Part shown: positions 38,731-52,470 of the stretch, piece after piece
Layout of the letters: each line of letters opens with the position of its first letter
Position numbering within the stretch: position 1 is the stretch's first letter
Assembly (NCBI RefSeq): GCF_963921235.1
Contig: NC_086097.1
Location: 54,004,001-54,068,000, forward strand
Direction: 5' to 3'
Source: Mobula hypostoma
Lineage: Eukaryota
DNA length: 64,000 bases
Notes under the pieces: generated by a model
The model's input: the letters and a program-made list of their open reading frames with translations, nothing else
Told to the model about the DNA's origin: nothing
Databases searched by the model: none
Position numbers and translations under genes: made by a program

Positions 38731-39879
38731 TTTTTTTAATTATTGTTCTTCATCTTTTTGTGTTTTATTTTATGCTGCATCAGGTCCAGAGTAACAATTA
38801 TTTTGTTCTCTTTCTCACTTGTATACTGGAAATGGCATGAAACAATCTTGAATGGGATGGAATGGTAAAAAAAAATGACACTTGGAGAAGGGATGGTGGT
38901 GGGTAATCAAAGAACTGTAGACCAGAACCAGAAAGAAATTCACTAATCTTTCATGAATAAACAAGACAACAAAATGCCTCTCATTATTCATTTTTTAGGT
39001 AGCTTGGAATTAGTTTTCATATTTTGAAATCAATGGCTTCACCCAGTACCATGGCTGAGGCTTCACGAATGCTAAATCTGACGCAATGTTTCTCTATGTA
39101 CTGTCCAGGTAGTAAACAAGTCACCGCAATGGCAACTGCAGACTTGCAAGTCAGCCAAGAGGCGTTTGTGTTTTTCTTTCGTTCATATTTTCTGTTGCTT
39201 GCTTAGACATTCTCTTTGCTTCATCTGCCAAGACCACTATACTATTAACAAACTCTATCAGGCTAATTTTAATAAAGTACCTAGGGAAAACTGAAATAGG
39301 ATAAATGCTGCCAGTAATAGCCAAGACTGGGTGAAGTGAGGAATGTCTGACCATGAACTTGAAATACAGGTTACGGCAATTATGATTAAGGTAATAACAC
39401 AGTAAATGCAGATTGATTGGACATGACCCCCACTGCCTGAGGAACAGCCATAGCACCAAATAGTTGCTACCACTGTTATGATTCCACACCTGAAACTTAC
39501 CTAAGGAAAGCCTTTGAGTGGGAGAAATGAAGCCTTACTTGCACAGGAAAGAGAAAGGCAGGGAACATGCAGACAAGAAAAACATGACACAAAAATGATG
39601 CAAGATGGGTGATTTTTACTGATGAAATTCCTGCAGTAAGTGAGAAATCACACAAATTCCACAATGGGATATGAACGATCTTCTGGTCAGGTAGAGACAA
39701 AGATGTCTGAATGCTCTGAGCCTTCAGGATGGGCAATGCACTGAATGGTTTTGAAGGAATGGAGGAATGGGGTGTTGGCTGAAGTGAAGTGGCAGTTGAG
39801 AATATGTCAAGTGCCCTTTGTAGTCTTTATAATGACAGCTATATTTCCACAGTCCAAAATGAGATCAAAAAATGCCACT

Positions 39880-40070
39880 GTAAACATTCTGCAGGGCAGA
39901 CAGCATTTGTGGACAGAGAACAGAGTTAATATTTCAGGTCAAAGACCTTTTACAGGTCTGAAATGTTAACTCTGTTTCACTCTCCTCAGATGTTGTCTGA
40001 CTGCTGAGTACTTAAGGCACCGGTTTTTTTCACAGATTTACAGTTTTTGCAAGTTTTTTTTGCTTTTGTA
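39880..40070. mobile_element. Older inverted-arm Penelope-derived remnant
   Basis: acagagttaatatttcagg / tctgaaatgttaactctgt inverted pair with a gctgagta flank. Related remnants near 12050-12135 and 44980-45120. Confidence 0.5.
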
Positions 40071-41174
40071 TTGTACATTTTAACATGATAGAAAAGGCAC
40101 CAAACTCTTACTGAGGGACCCTTAAAGCAACAGACTCCAGATGATCAACTCCAGGATAAAATTCACACTAGTGATCAACGTCAAGTTTCTCCCATGTACT
40201 GCAAAGTACTTGAGAAAAACTGAAAAATGAAGACCACTGTATCAACACAAAGTCTTCCTTCTTTACTATAAATTGTGACACCATCAGCAGTTTACAAAAC
40301 AATGAAGGATACATAACTTATGTTTATGCATGGACACATATAGACATAGCTAGATTTTCCTGATAATGTAGCAACAGTACTCCTTTCATATCTCAGTGGT
40401 TTTAATTTATACTGTTAATTTAATTTAAGGAAAGACATATATCACACTGTAGCACTTAAAGTGGCCAAAAAATTGTACCAAGGTGTAAGCTTTCAATTTA
40501 ATAGCCATCTGAGTGCTGGAGCCATTCTGAGAAGGAAAGCATCATGGTACAAAAATACGTTATAAAGATCATGCACAATCTGGACGTTGTGACATTTGAA
40601 CACCTACCTATTTGTAACATTGAAAACTTGTGAAAATCTGCAGCATTTTAAACTGCATATATTGCAGCATGCATTTTGAGAAATCCAGGCGTGATCCCAT
40701 CCTCCTTTCTCACCTCCCTCGCTTGATTCCACGCTCCACCCTCCTCCACTACCAGATTCCATCATCTTTATCCCTTTGTCCACAATCAGGTCCTCCAGTA
40801 TTTCTGTCATACTGTTTACTTTGGACATGATGTGTTGTAGATCCAAATCAGATAGACTTGGACCTACAGTGCAGACATTGATTGCATTCTTGTATACTCT
40901 CACTACTGGATACCATGTTTAAATAATATTTTTGAACAAAGTACTGAAGAGGAACTTGATCATTGTTCTAATGATTGTTTTGGTCATAAAGATCATGATT
41001 TATTCAGAGTTAGTCTATGCCATGGAGCAACAGAAGGGGTTAAATGAGCAAAGATTTTACCTTTGAGTACTCTTCAGTGACAGCAGCTGGATATGAATGT
41101 GTTTCTGAGCAAAAGACAGGATGAGGTTTACTTTTGTTCCTCGAGAATGAATGTCCCTCTAGGATAGGTAGCTA

Positions 41175-41805
41175 TTAGATTAGATTAGATTATGAGGACA
41201 CTCAGTCTTCGTTTATTGTCATTTAGAAATGCATGCATGCATTAAGAAATGATACAATGTTCCTCCAGAGTGATATCACAAAAAAAGGACAAACCAAAGA
41301 CTAAAACTAATAAGACCACATAATTATAACATATAGTTACAGCAGTGCAAAGCAATACCATAATTTGATAAAGAGCAGACCATGGGAATGGTTAAAAAAA
41401 AGTCTCAGAGTTCCGATCGACTCCCGTAGTCCCCAATAGCAGGTGACAGAAGGGAGAAATTGTCTCTGTCATAAACTCCAGGCACCGACAACTGTCGATG
41501 CATTGGAAGCACCCGACCACAGCCGACTCTGAGTCCGTCTGAAAGCTTCGAGTCTCCAACCAGCCCTTCGACACCTAGCACCGAGCACCAGCTCTGCCGA
41601 GCGCTTTGACCCTATCCCGGCCGCCGAACAACAAGCAAAGCCGAGGACTCGGGGCCTTCCCCTCTGGAGATTCTGGATCACACAGTAAGAGCGGCAGTGA
41701 AAAAGGCATTTCAGAAGTTTCTCCAGCTGTTCCTGCGTTCCCTCACGTCTGTCTCCATCAAATCAGGATTGTGCACGGCACCCTACTTGACAGATTACAG
41801 ATATC
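41175..41805 (-). mobile_element. Non-coding retroposon with (AATCT)n tail and CpG-rich body
   Basis: (ttaga)n at 41175-41192, then tttattgtcatt as in Rex-type tails; CpG-rich 41410-41790; no recognisable protein. Confidence 0.5.
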
Positions 41806-42984
41806 AAGTCAGATGACAAAGAAAAGTCTTTGCCTCCAGAAGCACAACACAACAGCAATCCAAAGCATTCCAGATGGCAAAGGCCTGAAGAAATTGGCAG
41901 ATGTTGTTGATGAGAATTGCTCTGTAATGAGGTGGCATGGACTGTACTGCATTACTTCTATGATTCTATTAAAGTTAATTCCTAGATTTTGGATTTCTTT
42001 CAAATTTTTAAAAATGCTACTAATCCCAAAAGTTCCTGATGTTTGCTTCTTTAAATATTTCATTATATTGATTTAATGTGGCTTTGCAGTTTTTACATAA
42101 AGGACACCAGACTATGTTTTGTGCAATCAGACATTTATGATTTCAAAATCACTTTAGCATTTATATGATGTTTTAGCAAAACAATATGGGACTATCAGGT
42201 CGTATCTTCTCAAACACAATTTATTCTCTAAATTCTGGTTTTTATAGTTTTTGTTAAAGTTTCTCAAATATGTCTTGTATGCCGCTGAGATGACAATTTA
42301 TTGTCTGACTTGGAAAAAAACAAGCAACTCTTATATATAGCAAAGTAGAAGAAAATCAAATGCACACAGGAGTCCAGAGATCATTGTACTGAAGTCCTGC
42401 AGAAATTTACTTGGAAGCCACTCCATGATCCTCACATACTAATTGTTTTATTCATACTAGGACAGCGACTGAAAATAACTTAACTTCACTTACCTCGTAG
42501 AAACCTAGTTAAAATCACAATTCAAAGTTTCTTCCACGAAGTACTTAAAATTGGAAATAGATTTTCTTATTAACAGTTCAGCAAATCGGGAAAAGCTTAA
42601 TCAGAAATCAAGAATAATGTTAGTTCATTTATAATTAGAAGCATAATTACTTTCAAGATGAAAATATTACTTTTCTTAATGTAGAAACGTTGTCAGTTGT
42701 GCAGGGTCATAACAGACAGATGTTTTAAGTACGCTTTTGCGTGAATTGTGTAAGCACCTGACTTCCGCTACACAATTGTGAACGGTTAAACAGGCTGTAT
42801 ACTGTGAGGGAGGAAGAAAGAGCAGACAAGTGTGAATATAGGCACTTCACAAATGTATCCTAAGTAGTCCATTGCTATCTATATTTGTCTGCAGAGACAC
42901 CTTACTGCATATTAATAGACTAACAGTGGAAGGTAAGCAATTTATAAGACAGGCACAAATATATTAAACAGAAAACCCTGGACT

Positions 42985-44355
42985 AGGGTTCCCCAGCGGC
43001 CTCAATGACTACAGACCGGTGGCATTGACCTCCCGCATCATGAAGACCCTGGAGAGACTTGTTCTGGAGCTGCTCCGGCCTATGGTCAGGCCACACTTAG
43101 ATCCCCTCCAGTTCGCCTCCCAGCCCCGACTAGGAGTTGAGGATGCCATCGCCTACCTGCTGAACCATGTCTACGCCCACCTGGACAAGCCAGCGAGCAC
43201 TGTGAGGGTCATGTTTTTTGACTTCTCCAGTGCGTTCAACACCATCCGCCCTGCTCTGCTGGGGGAGAAGCTGACAGCGATGCAGGTGGATGCTTCCCTG
43301 GTATCATGGATTCTTGATTTCCTGACTGGCAGACCACAGTACATGTGCTTGCAACACTGTGTGTCCGACAGAGTGATCAGCAGCACTGGGGCTCCACAGG
43401 GGACTGTCTTGTCTCCCTTTCTCTTCACCACTTACACCTCGGACTTCAACTACTGCACAGATTCTTGTCATCTTCAGAAGTTTTCGGATGACTCTGCCAT
43501 AGTTGGATGCATCAGCAAGGGAGATGAGGCTGAGTACAGGGCTACGGTAGGAACCTTGGTCACATAGTGTGAGCAGAATTATCTGCAGCTTAATGTGAAA
43601 AAGACTAAGGAGCTGGTGGTAGACCTGAGGAGAGCTAAGGTACTGGTGACCCCTGTTTCCATCCAGGGGGTCAGTGTGGACATGGTGGAGGATTACAAAT
43701 ACCTGGGGATACGAATTGAGAATAAACTGGACTGGTCAAGGAACACTGAGGCTGTCTACAAGAAGGGTCAGAGCCGTCTCTATTTCCTGAGGAGACTGAG
43801 GTCCTTTAACATCTGCCGGACGATGCTGAGGATGTTCTACGAGTCTGTGGTGGCCAGTACTATCATGTTTGCTATTGTGTGCTGGGGCAGCAGGCTTAGG
43901 GTAGCAGACACCAACAGAATCAATAAACTCATTCGTAAGGCCAGTGATGTTGTGGGGATGGAACTGGACTCTCTGACGGTGGTGTCTGAAAAGAGGATGC
44001 TGTCTAAGTTGCATGCCATCTTGGACAATGTCTCCCATCCACTACATAATGTACTGGTTAGGCACAGGAGTACATTCAGCCAGAGACTCATTCCACCAAG
44101 ATGCAGCACAGAGCGTCATAGGAAGTCATTCCTGCCTGTGGCCATCAAACTTTACAACTCCTCCCTTGGAGGGTCAGACACCCTGAGCCAATAGGCTGGT
44201 CCTGGACTTATTTCATAATTTACTGGCATAACTTACATATTACTATTTAACTATTTATGGTTCTATTACTATTTATTATTTATGGTGCAACTGTAACGAA
44301 AACCGATTTCCCCCGGGATCAATAAGTATGACTACTACTAATACTACTACTACTA
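42985..44355 (+). mobile_element. Relatively young 5'-truncated Rex1/Babar element (RT + C-terminus, one in-frame stop)
   Basis: ORFs 43019..43567 and 43595..44194 share a frame: DPLQFA, FFDFSSAFNTI, GAPQGTVLSP, KFSDD, YKYLG, KSFLPVAI; (cta)n tail. Confidence 0.92.
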
Positions 44356-47201
44356 GATTTCTGACTGAAGATTTTTCCTGAAATTGAGGTATGCAGTGGC
44401 TTTCCTGATTCCAGGACATTCCCAAGTGCTTTATTTCAATTGAAATATGGTCTCTGTTGTTGTACAGTAGTTGTATCAGTTTATCTGTGTACTGCTAAGA
44501 CCCACAAAGAGCACTGATATATTGATCAGAAAATGTTTCGCTGAAGTTGACATGGTATAACCAAGGGGGTAAGCTCTTCTAAACTCTTTTCTGAAATAGT
44601 GCACTTGGGATCTCTTGCACTTATTTCAGAGGGCAGACCAGGACTTGGTTAACATCTCATCTGAGTGACAGCTCTCCAATAGATCAGCGTCCTGTACTAG
44701 ACTGCATTTCGTTGCAGAATTTGTGCTCAGATCCCTGGAGCAGAATCTTTGCTCGTGATGGTATGTGGTACTCCTAGAACCCAGCATAGCAGTTTAATTT
44801 GCACCCTTTGTTCCCACAATGTAAATCAATGCAATCTTTAAACTGGAAACTCGCTGCATTCTAACAAAACCTCACTGGGAATGATTTAGAAAAAACGAAA
44901 AATATTATCTTTCCATCAAATTGTATTATTTTCAGATAGGAACTTAATAGGAAAGAACAAGTCAGTGAAAATCAGAAAAAAAGCTGCTGGTGTTGGATAT
45001 CTAAAACGAAAACAGAAAATGCTGGATCTGCTCTCACCTGTGGGAAGAGTATTAGAGTGAACATTTCAGTTCAGAGACCCTCAATATTGACCCGCTGAGT
45101 ATTGTCATCATTTTCTGTCTTTGTCTCCATGGGAAAGATTACTTTGTAAAGTATTTTTATATTTGATATAACAATAGGAAATGAAGGGCAAAATGGTCAC
45201 ATATCTTAAAGAAATTAAGAATACACCTTAATCAACTTAAGCAAAGAAGGATTGGGCAAATTATGGTCATCACACTGTTTTCCTTTATTGATCTTAACAC
45301 TGAAACAAATCTTACTGTTAAAACATCTAATGTCTACACCATTTTTCAATGTTTCACTAAATATTAGTTAGTTTATTCTGAGAAATCTCTGCATTTATTA
45401 TTATTTGATGATTTGAAAAATAACATTATAATTTGCAAGGTTAAACATGGAGACCTGCTTGTATACTGGTGTGTCAGCGTCTATGTTCAGATCCTGATTC
45501 TTACTTATTTAATTACTTGCAAATCAAAATGGCAACAATTTGAAGACATATTCTATAGAAACTGCTTGCATAGATGTTGAACAAGTTTGATCAGGATCTA
45601 AGAAAGATTCATCAATCTTGACGCCATTTCTATGGCTTTCAGCAATTCAATGTGTTTAGCCACGAGAATGTTTACCCTGCTATCTGTTAGAATGCTATGT
45701 GCATCACAATCTCCATTTCCCAATGTGCTTCTGTGGACAGCACTCCCTGGAAGATTGTCAGAAGCAGAAGAATGCACCACATCCCAAAAGCAACTAGGGA
45801 TCAGATGGAAGGACAGACCTCGATCAGCCAGCCATTCTTCCAGCTCAGTTTCCAGGATGCATCATCACATGTTCTCCTGGAAGATTAATAAATTGCAAAT
45901 GAATGCACAAGGCCAAGGATTTCTCCCACAAGTTGGCCAAGAAACTATTGGGTCTTCATGAATATTGGATATCAGCAAAGAGATATTTGCACATGTGTAC
46001 CAACAAGTGTACCTTTGTTGATTAGAGAATAATATGAAGCCAGCAGCTTAATTTAGGCCTGCAGATATTGTTCACAAAGCAGTATATTTACATTCTAATA
46101 AATATGGATATTCATTCAGTACCTAAAGGTTGAGATAGAGTATATAGAAACTTGAATTTAATCAGTCCCAAAACAAACAGCTGTAAATTTTTAGATTATC
46201 AGCAAATGTACAAATACAAAGCATGAGGAAAGAACATCATCTAATAATCTCCTAGTTACGAATGTTATTCAAATCTTGATTTTTTTATGCTGCTCCCCAG
46301 AAGTGCTAGTGTTTTCTGGAATAATTTTTACCTTTTTACTTCCTCTGATATTACACAAGTAACTTTACAGCTGTTAGAAGATTTAATACTTGTTATTTGC
46401 AAGTCAGCGAAGTCAAAATCAATCCTTGTTCAATATCTGTGCTGCCTTCATGTTAAAACAATCAACTGAAGTGCATTTTGCTCCACAAAAATAACATTTT
46501 CTTTGCATGTTTTTTTTCAACTAGGAAATAATGTTCCACCTAGACTCAGTAAACTAAAATGTTATACTCTGTGCAATAACTTAGAACAGAAATCTTGCCA
46601 AGACGGTTATATTTTATCTCAGTGCTAAGGGTGATAAATCTGTGACAATTACTGGTTTGAAATGAGAGTCCTTGGGGAAAAATCACACAGAGAGAGAAAG
46701 GGCAGCAAGAGGAAATCATGAACGCTCAGATGTAACAGGATTAATTTTAAAAAATCAACAGAAACCTTTTCTCAATTCAATTTTATAAGGATATGAGTGA
46801 TTGAGCAAAGGGTCTGGGGATAGGAGAAAGGATTTTCTGGTCTGTTTTCCCTTTATGGCAGACTTTTTCTTCTGTTCCTTCCTTTAACCTGTTCTTCTGC
46901 GTCATTTTACAATTTTGACATAAAGTCATTGAGCTTAAAATCTCTTTTTATCTCCGTTGAAGCTGTGTGATTTGTTGAACATTTCTATCAATTATGTTTT
47001 TAGTCCAGATTTCTGGCCTCTGTGCCATATTACTTTAAGCTGTTGAGGAACAAAGAAATTGAAGTTTATGCTGATACAACTAGATGTAATAGGGTGAGAT
47101 GAGATTTGTGTGAAACATGATCACCGGGCAAGAACTAGTGGAATTAATGGCCTGCATTAATTACACTTAGCTATTTCTTTATGAGTGATTTTTACAGGGT
47201 A

Positions 47202-47597
47202 CAGGTAATTCCCAGTTACCAGGTTCTGTTCTTTAGAACTGTTCAACCCAAACTATTTGTAAGTCAGAAGTGAACATCCCAGAAAATTCCAGAAACAGCT
47301 GTAGCTGGAGAGCGAGCCGGCACACAAAGAGCGGCCGCCGATGGTCTCGCTGACTCAGTGAATTCAGAAGTGAGGATGCTCAGTGTTCCCAGCTCTGCTC
47401 AGCTCAACCCAGCACCTAATTGTTGTGGCTTATGGGTGGGTGATGGTGGTGGGAAAAGAGATGCTGAAATGCCCCATACCCATCAGGCAGAAGGTGCCTG
47501 CAGTCCCTACAGCAGCCTGCAAATCCATTTCTGTCCGTCCCTCTGGTCCCTCAAACACTCATTCATGAGATGGGCATTCATAACTGGGGAGGATCTG
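47202..47597. mobile_element. Tc1/mariner-superfamily (pogo/Tigger-like) MITE
   Basis: TA|caggtaattcccagtta ... taactggggaggatctg|TA imperfect TIRs; no coding capacity. Confidence 0.6.
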
Positions 47598-48704
47598 TAT
47601 TTTCTGAAAGTCTATATCCATTCCTCTAACTTTTGATCACCTCCCCAGCAAATTTGGTCATATATGCCAGATATGACCTACCCTCCTCAAATGATGCTGG
47701 GTTGTTTTAATCAATTGGACAACTTCCAAGTGCTCATCACAGGTGGACAGTTTGTGAAGTAGGTATTCCTTTCACCAGGCTGCAGTAATCTCCCAAAATA
47801 CTACCTGATCCACAACTTCCCTTTTCTTTTTTTAATATTTTCTTAAGTAGGTGTACATATTTCAGAATTTTCCTGTCTGAATGAATACTTCCAAAATCAT
47901 AGGACAAATGAGCTGCTTTCAGTTACTTCCATTGAAAACCTATGATTCTGGCAATCTCCAAACCATCGATTGAAATGATGGCAATCAATTTCTTATTGCA
48001 CAATCATGACTGGCTGATTGGAAGTCAAATTACTGCTCAGGATTCTAATATTTAATTTCAATAATCATTTGCTAGCTCATTTTCTATGTTAGGTGGCTGA
48101 CAGTTGTAACAAGAGCAGAGGCTCCCCTCTGCAAGTTGTCAGTGGCATGGAGTGTCCAAACACAGGTGCTGTTTCGCTCAGGCCAGGCACAAGGGATTTG
48201 GTGGGAATTAAGTGACCAGAAAGCTACAGTCTTTTGATAAAGTGAACCACAAGGTTGGGCAGAGTAGCAAATGGAAGCAGAAGGGGTGAGGGAGACTGGA
48301 AGTAAATATGTTGAAAGCTAATTATTCTCTTCCTGAAGCCCAGAGAGAGTTGTTTATCTTCTTGCCAGACCTGCTTCCTTCAAGCCTTTGATAGGCCATA
48401 CGATCTGACCTGATTTACACACTATTTCTCCAAGGCAGTTCCTTTCTTTTTCAACTTCTCTGTAGCCATTATCATGTTTGACCACACCATCCTCCCCCAA
48501 AGTTTCTGCACCATTGTCCGGCCAAATGGGATTACACGTATTCATTCAGTTGCAGTCAGAGATTCAGCTTTAACGGCTTTGGTTCACACACGCACCCAGT
48601 GACTTCTGGTGTACCACCCACCCCTTCCCCCAAAGATTATTCCCCTTCCTTGAGCTGCCTTCAGCAAAGTGACATGAAAACAGCATCATTTTCCAGTTGC
48701 ATCA

Positions 48705-49090
48705 TAAAAAAAATTGGAGGAACTCAACAGACCATGCTGTACAAACAGAGGCAAAACAATGGTTGATACTTCAGGCCATATCTCTGCTTCTGTACTGAGA
48801 GTGTACAGGGAGATAGCCATTGTAAAACAGTAAAAGGGAGGGGTGAAGCAGGGAATGACAGATGGTAGGTGAAATCAGGTAAGGTCGGTGATGATGGGTA
48901 GATGGAGCTAGGTGCACGAGGGGGAGGGTTTGCGTCAGGAGAGAGTGGCAGATGGGTAATGGGTAGAGATAGGTCTCGACCAGAAACGTTGACTATTCTT
49001 TTGCCTCCTTGGATGCTGCTTTACCTGCAGTGTTCCTCTAGCACTTTGGTTTCTTGTTCCATTTTCCAGCCTCTGCAGTCCTTTGTGTTA
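48705..49090. mobile_element. Degraded inverted Penelope-like remnant
   Basis: Antisense arm (ggaggaactcaac..., purine-rich) then sense arm ggtctcgaccaGAAACGTTgact...gatgctgc. Confidence 0.55.
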
Positions 49091-49402
49091 TCACTTCCAA
49101 TAGTGTGCTATGCAGGTACACCAGCTTCATCTCACCAGCATCACTTGTGATCCCTCCAGCATCTTTAAGTTATTACAGGCTGAGTATTGGGTCCTCATTA
49201 TAAACACCATCCCAGTATGAATATTATTCTGCTCTCTGGCAACCACCAGATTGTTGGCACACTTGATGGTATTTTGACCTGAACCAAGTTTTATACATTG
49301 CTATGACTTCCCTCACCTGCTGCTGAAACCTTCATTCAGGCCTGGTTAACTCCAGCCTTGACTCTTCCTATACTGTTCTGGCCATTCTTCCTCCATCTAT
49401 GC

Positions 49403-51691
49403 CAGTGATTCCCAGTGGGGGTGGTTACATGTCCTAAGGGCATTCGGGGAAATAGAAGTTATTGGGGGCATTCAAGATTCTTGGGGGGAGAGGAGGGATG
49501 ATAAGCAGGACGCTTACTTGAGGCATGAGACCTGACTGACCGTGACAACTTGCTGCCATTATCAACATCCGACAGGCATTTCCAGTTTGTGTTAATTTTT
49601 TATTTTAATTTAGCCCAGTTAATGATGGATAAATACGGACAGCATGATCTCTATGAGCCTGAAGGCTGTGAAGCCTTGGATTCTAATCCTGCTAAGAAAC
49701 AGAAACTACAGAAAATGCATCAATACAATGTTACATACCTGGAGTATTGTTTTATTCTGTTCCCAGCAGATCAGCAACACGCCATATGTCTTATTCGTCA
49801 TACTGCACTGTCTAATGAAGCCATGAAAGCTTCAAGATTGCAGGAACATTTCTATGAAAGACTCCCTGAAAAGGCTACTTATGGTATTACTCAGTTCCAG
49901 AAGATGAAAGAAGCATTTGAAAAGCATTGCACTCTCGAATCATTTGCCAAGAAAGCTAAAAATGACCTTGATCGTTGTCTCATTGCTTCTTATAACATTT
50001 CCAAAATGATAGAAAAGTGTGGAAAATCTCATACAATTGGTGAAAGATTAATAATGCCTGCTATATCAGAAGTGCTCACCACTGTTCTCAAAATGGATAC
50101 CAGTATTTTAAAATCAATTCCTCTGAGTAATAACTCTGTAGATTGTAGTAGTGATGAAATGAGTGAAGACATTAAGTATCTGTGACAGAAAACAAAATTT
50201 GGGATACAGCCGGATGAGTAAACTGTGTGAGACAATGAGGCATTGCTAACGGCATATGTACGGGTTTATCAAAAGTGGAAAAGTTTATGAAGAGATTCTC
50301 TTTTGTAAAAAGTTATAACAAATATCAATAGAGAATTAATTTATGACAAGCTCAAAATGTATATTGAGGATAAAAGTATTCAGATTAGGAACATGATTTC
50401 TCGTGCACCAGTTGAAGCACCATATATGACAGGTTGCCTTGCTGGTTTAGTGGCATTAAAATGAAAAAAGAAATTCCAAGTCTGTTTGCAATCCATTGTG
50501 TAATTCATTGTCAACATCTTATAGCCAAAAACCTCAGCCAGCAACTTTTTTCAAGTGTGACTCTTGAATATCTGCTATCAACAGAATTAAAGCTCATCCA
50601 TTAAATAGCAGAATATTTCACCAGTTATGCCAAGATAATGATGAAGAGCTTACTTCTTCATACTAACATGCATTGGCTGTCAAAATGCTACTGCTTAAAA
50701 TATTTCTTTGATCTTTTTGACACTGTGGTTGAATTTTTGCTCAAAGTCAACAAGAGCTTGGGAAATAAGATTGAATTTCTGTGTGGAGATGTGGCACACC
50801 TAGCCAATCTGTATGATAAAATGAACATTCGAAATATGAAACCGCAGGGTGAGAATTTCAACTTAATCCAGGCAAAAAGTGCGGTGTCCTCTTTTATAGG
50901 AAAATTGGAAATATATAAGCAGAACATTAGAAGAATGTACTCAAAGTTTCCCTGCATGGAAAGTATGGCACTCCCTTTCATAGACAGTGATTTGCAAGAG
51001 TACTTCTTACACCTACAGTCACTGAAGAAGGATTTTCAAAATTTATTCAAGGATTTGAATGATCTGGAAATTCCGGACTGGGTAACTAACTTATTTCTTT
51101 GCAAGGTGGAAGCACAGGAAAAGAGCTTGCAAGAAGAAATGATTGAAATTCAGAATGATGAAGAAGCAAAACTGCCTTTCAGGAATGTCAGCTTTTGTGG
51201 TATGTACCTACACTATCATACAAGGTTTCCTGGTCTTTGGAGAAGAGCCAAACTGCTCTTGATTGCATTTCCATCCTCCTACCTTGTTGAAAGAGGCTTC
51301 AGTGCAGTGAACCACATACTCACGAAAAACAGAAACCGCTTGGGCATTGTTATGCATGGAGACTTAAAGCTTTTGCTGTCACAACTTGAACCAAATGTTT
51401 CAACTTTTGCTAAAAACCATCAACCTCAAGGATCACATTGATATTCAAACTGCTGTACAGCACACAGGTACTATGTAACTAGGTTTAAAGACAATTAAAA
51501 ATTTAAAACAGAATCATTTTTCTCATGTTAGCATATGGTAGACATGTTTTTACATTATGGGGGCACCAGAAAGTACATTGTGCCTAACAGGGGGTTGGGA
51601 AGTATGAAAGTGCTTTGTGGTGGGGGGGTGTTGGCAAGCATGAGAGTGCTTTAGGGAGGCGTTGAGCTAAAAAAAAGGTTGGGACACACTG
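49403..51691 (+). mobile_element. hAT (Buster/Charlie-type) DNA transposon
   Basis: TIRs cagtgattccca / tgggacacactg. 8-bp TSD atctatgc (49395-49402) / atctattc (51692-51699) with central TA. Confidence 0.88.
49622..51441 (+). pseudogene. Buster-type hAT transposase pseudogene (ZBED5/SCAND3-like family)
   Basis: LSNEAMK..L, KSHTIGERLI, IPLSNNSV, IHCVIHCQHL, WLSK, FPSSYLVERGFS; stops and frameshifts at 50185-50640. Confidence 0.88.
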
Positions 51692-51755
51692 ATCTATTCT
51701 CAGTAAATCTGATGCAAGATTCCTAACGCAGTATCACATTCACCTAATTACTGAG

Positions 51756-51899
51756 ATCAAACAAGAGAAAGTCTGCAGATGCTGGAATTCAAGGAAATCC
51801 AAAAACTTCCTGCTGAAGGGTTTCACCCGAAACATCGACTGTACTCTTTTCCATAGATGCTGCCTGGCCTGCTGAGTTCCTCCAGTATTTTGCGTGTGT
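51756..51899. mobile_element. Short Penelope-derived insertion (inverted terminus plus sense hammerhead-bearing arm)
   Basis: 11-bp TSD taattactgag at 51745-51755 and 51900-51910; cCTGCTGAagggtttcacccGAAACATCgactg at 51809-51841. Confidence 0.8.
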
Positions 51900-52019
51900 T
51901 AATTACTGAGCTTACTGATTTATCTTTCTTTGCCCTTTGTTTTCAAATCATTCAACAGCTCTGTAACTACTCATCCAACTCTGCATCCCCGCTTCCCAAA
52001 CATCTTCAGCTCTCTACCA

Positions 52020-52375
52020 ACACAGTGCTGCAACTAGCAGAGCTGCTGCCCACAACCCCAGCAACCAGGGTTCAGTATTGACCTGACTTGTGCAACGTGG
52101 AGTTTGCACTTTCTCCCTGGGACCACATAGATTTCTTCTTGGTACTCTAGTTCACTTCCCAGCCCAAATATATCTCAGTTGCTGTGTTAATTAGGCACTG
52201 TAAATTGCTCCTAGCATATTGAAAATTGGAAGGTCAGGAGGGAACTTGACAGGAAAAGTGGGGAGGATAAAATTGGTTAAGGATTGGTACTGGTGTAAAA
52301 ATGGTTGGTGGATAGTGCAGATTTGTTGAGTCGAAGGCCCTATTTCCATATCATATAGCTCTGTCTGGCTCTGTG
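52020..52375 (+). mobile_element. HE1-like tRNA-derived SINE
   Basis: gagctgctgcc...gggttcag head, gtggagtttgcactttctccc core, gtcgaaggccctatttcc tail. Confidence 0.65.
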
Positions 52376-52470
52376 ACCCTCTTTTCTCCTTTAAGCTACA
52401 GCTTAATACCTACCTGATGCACTTTCCACTAACTGCCCTAATATGTAGCTTGGTGCATTTTTGTATCTCC

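Noticed and set aside
45600..45960. 109-aa ORF 45632..45961
   Set aside because: Only an LGIRWKDR RTE-like trace; probably an ancient LINE remnant whose boundaries I cannot define.
49550..51441. Domesticated ZBED/SCAND3-like host gene
   Set aside because: Multiple stops and frameshifts, with TIRs and TSD still present, indicate a dead transposon copy.
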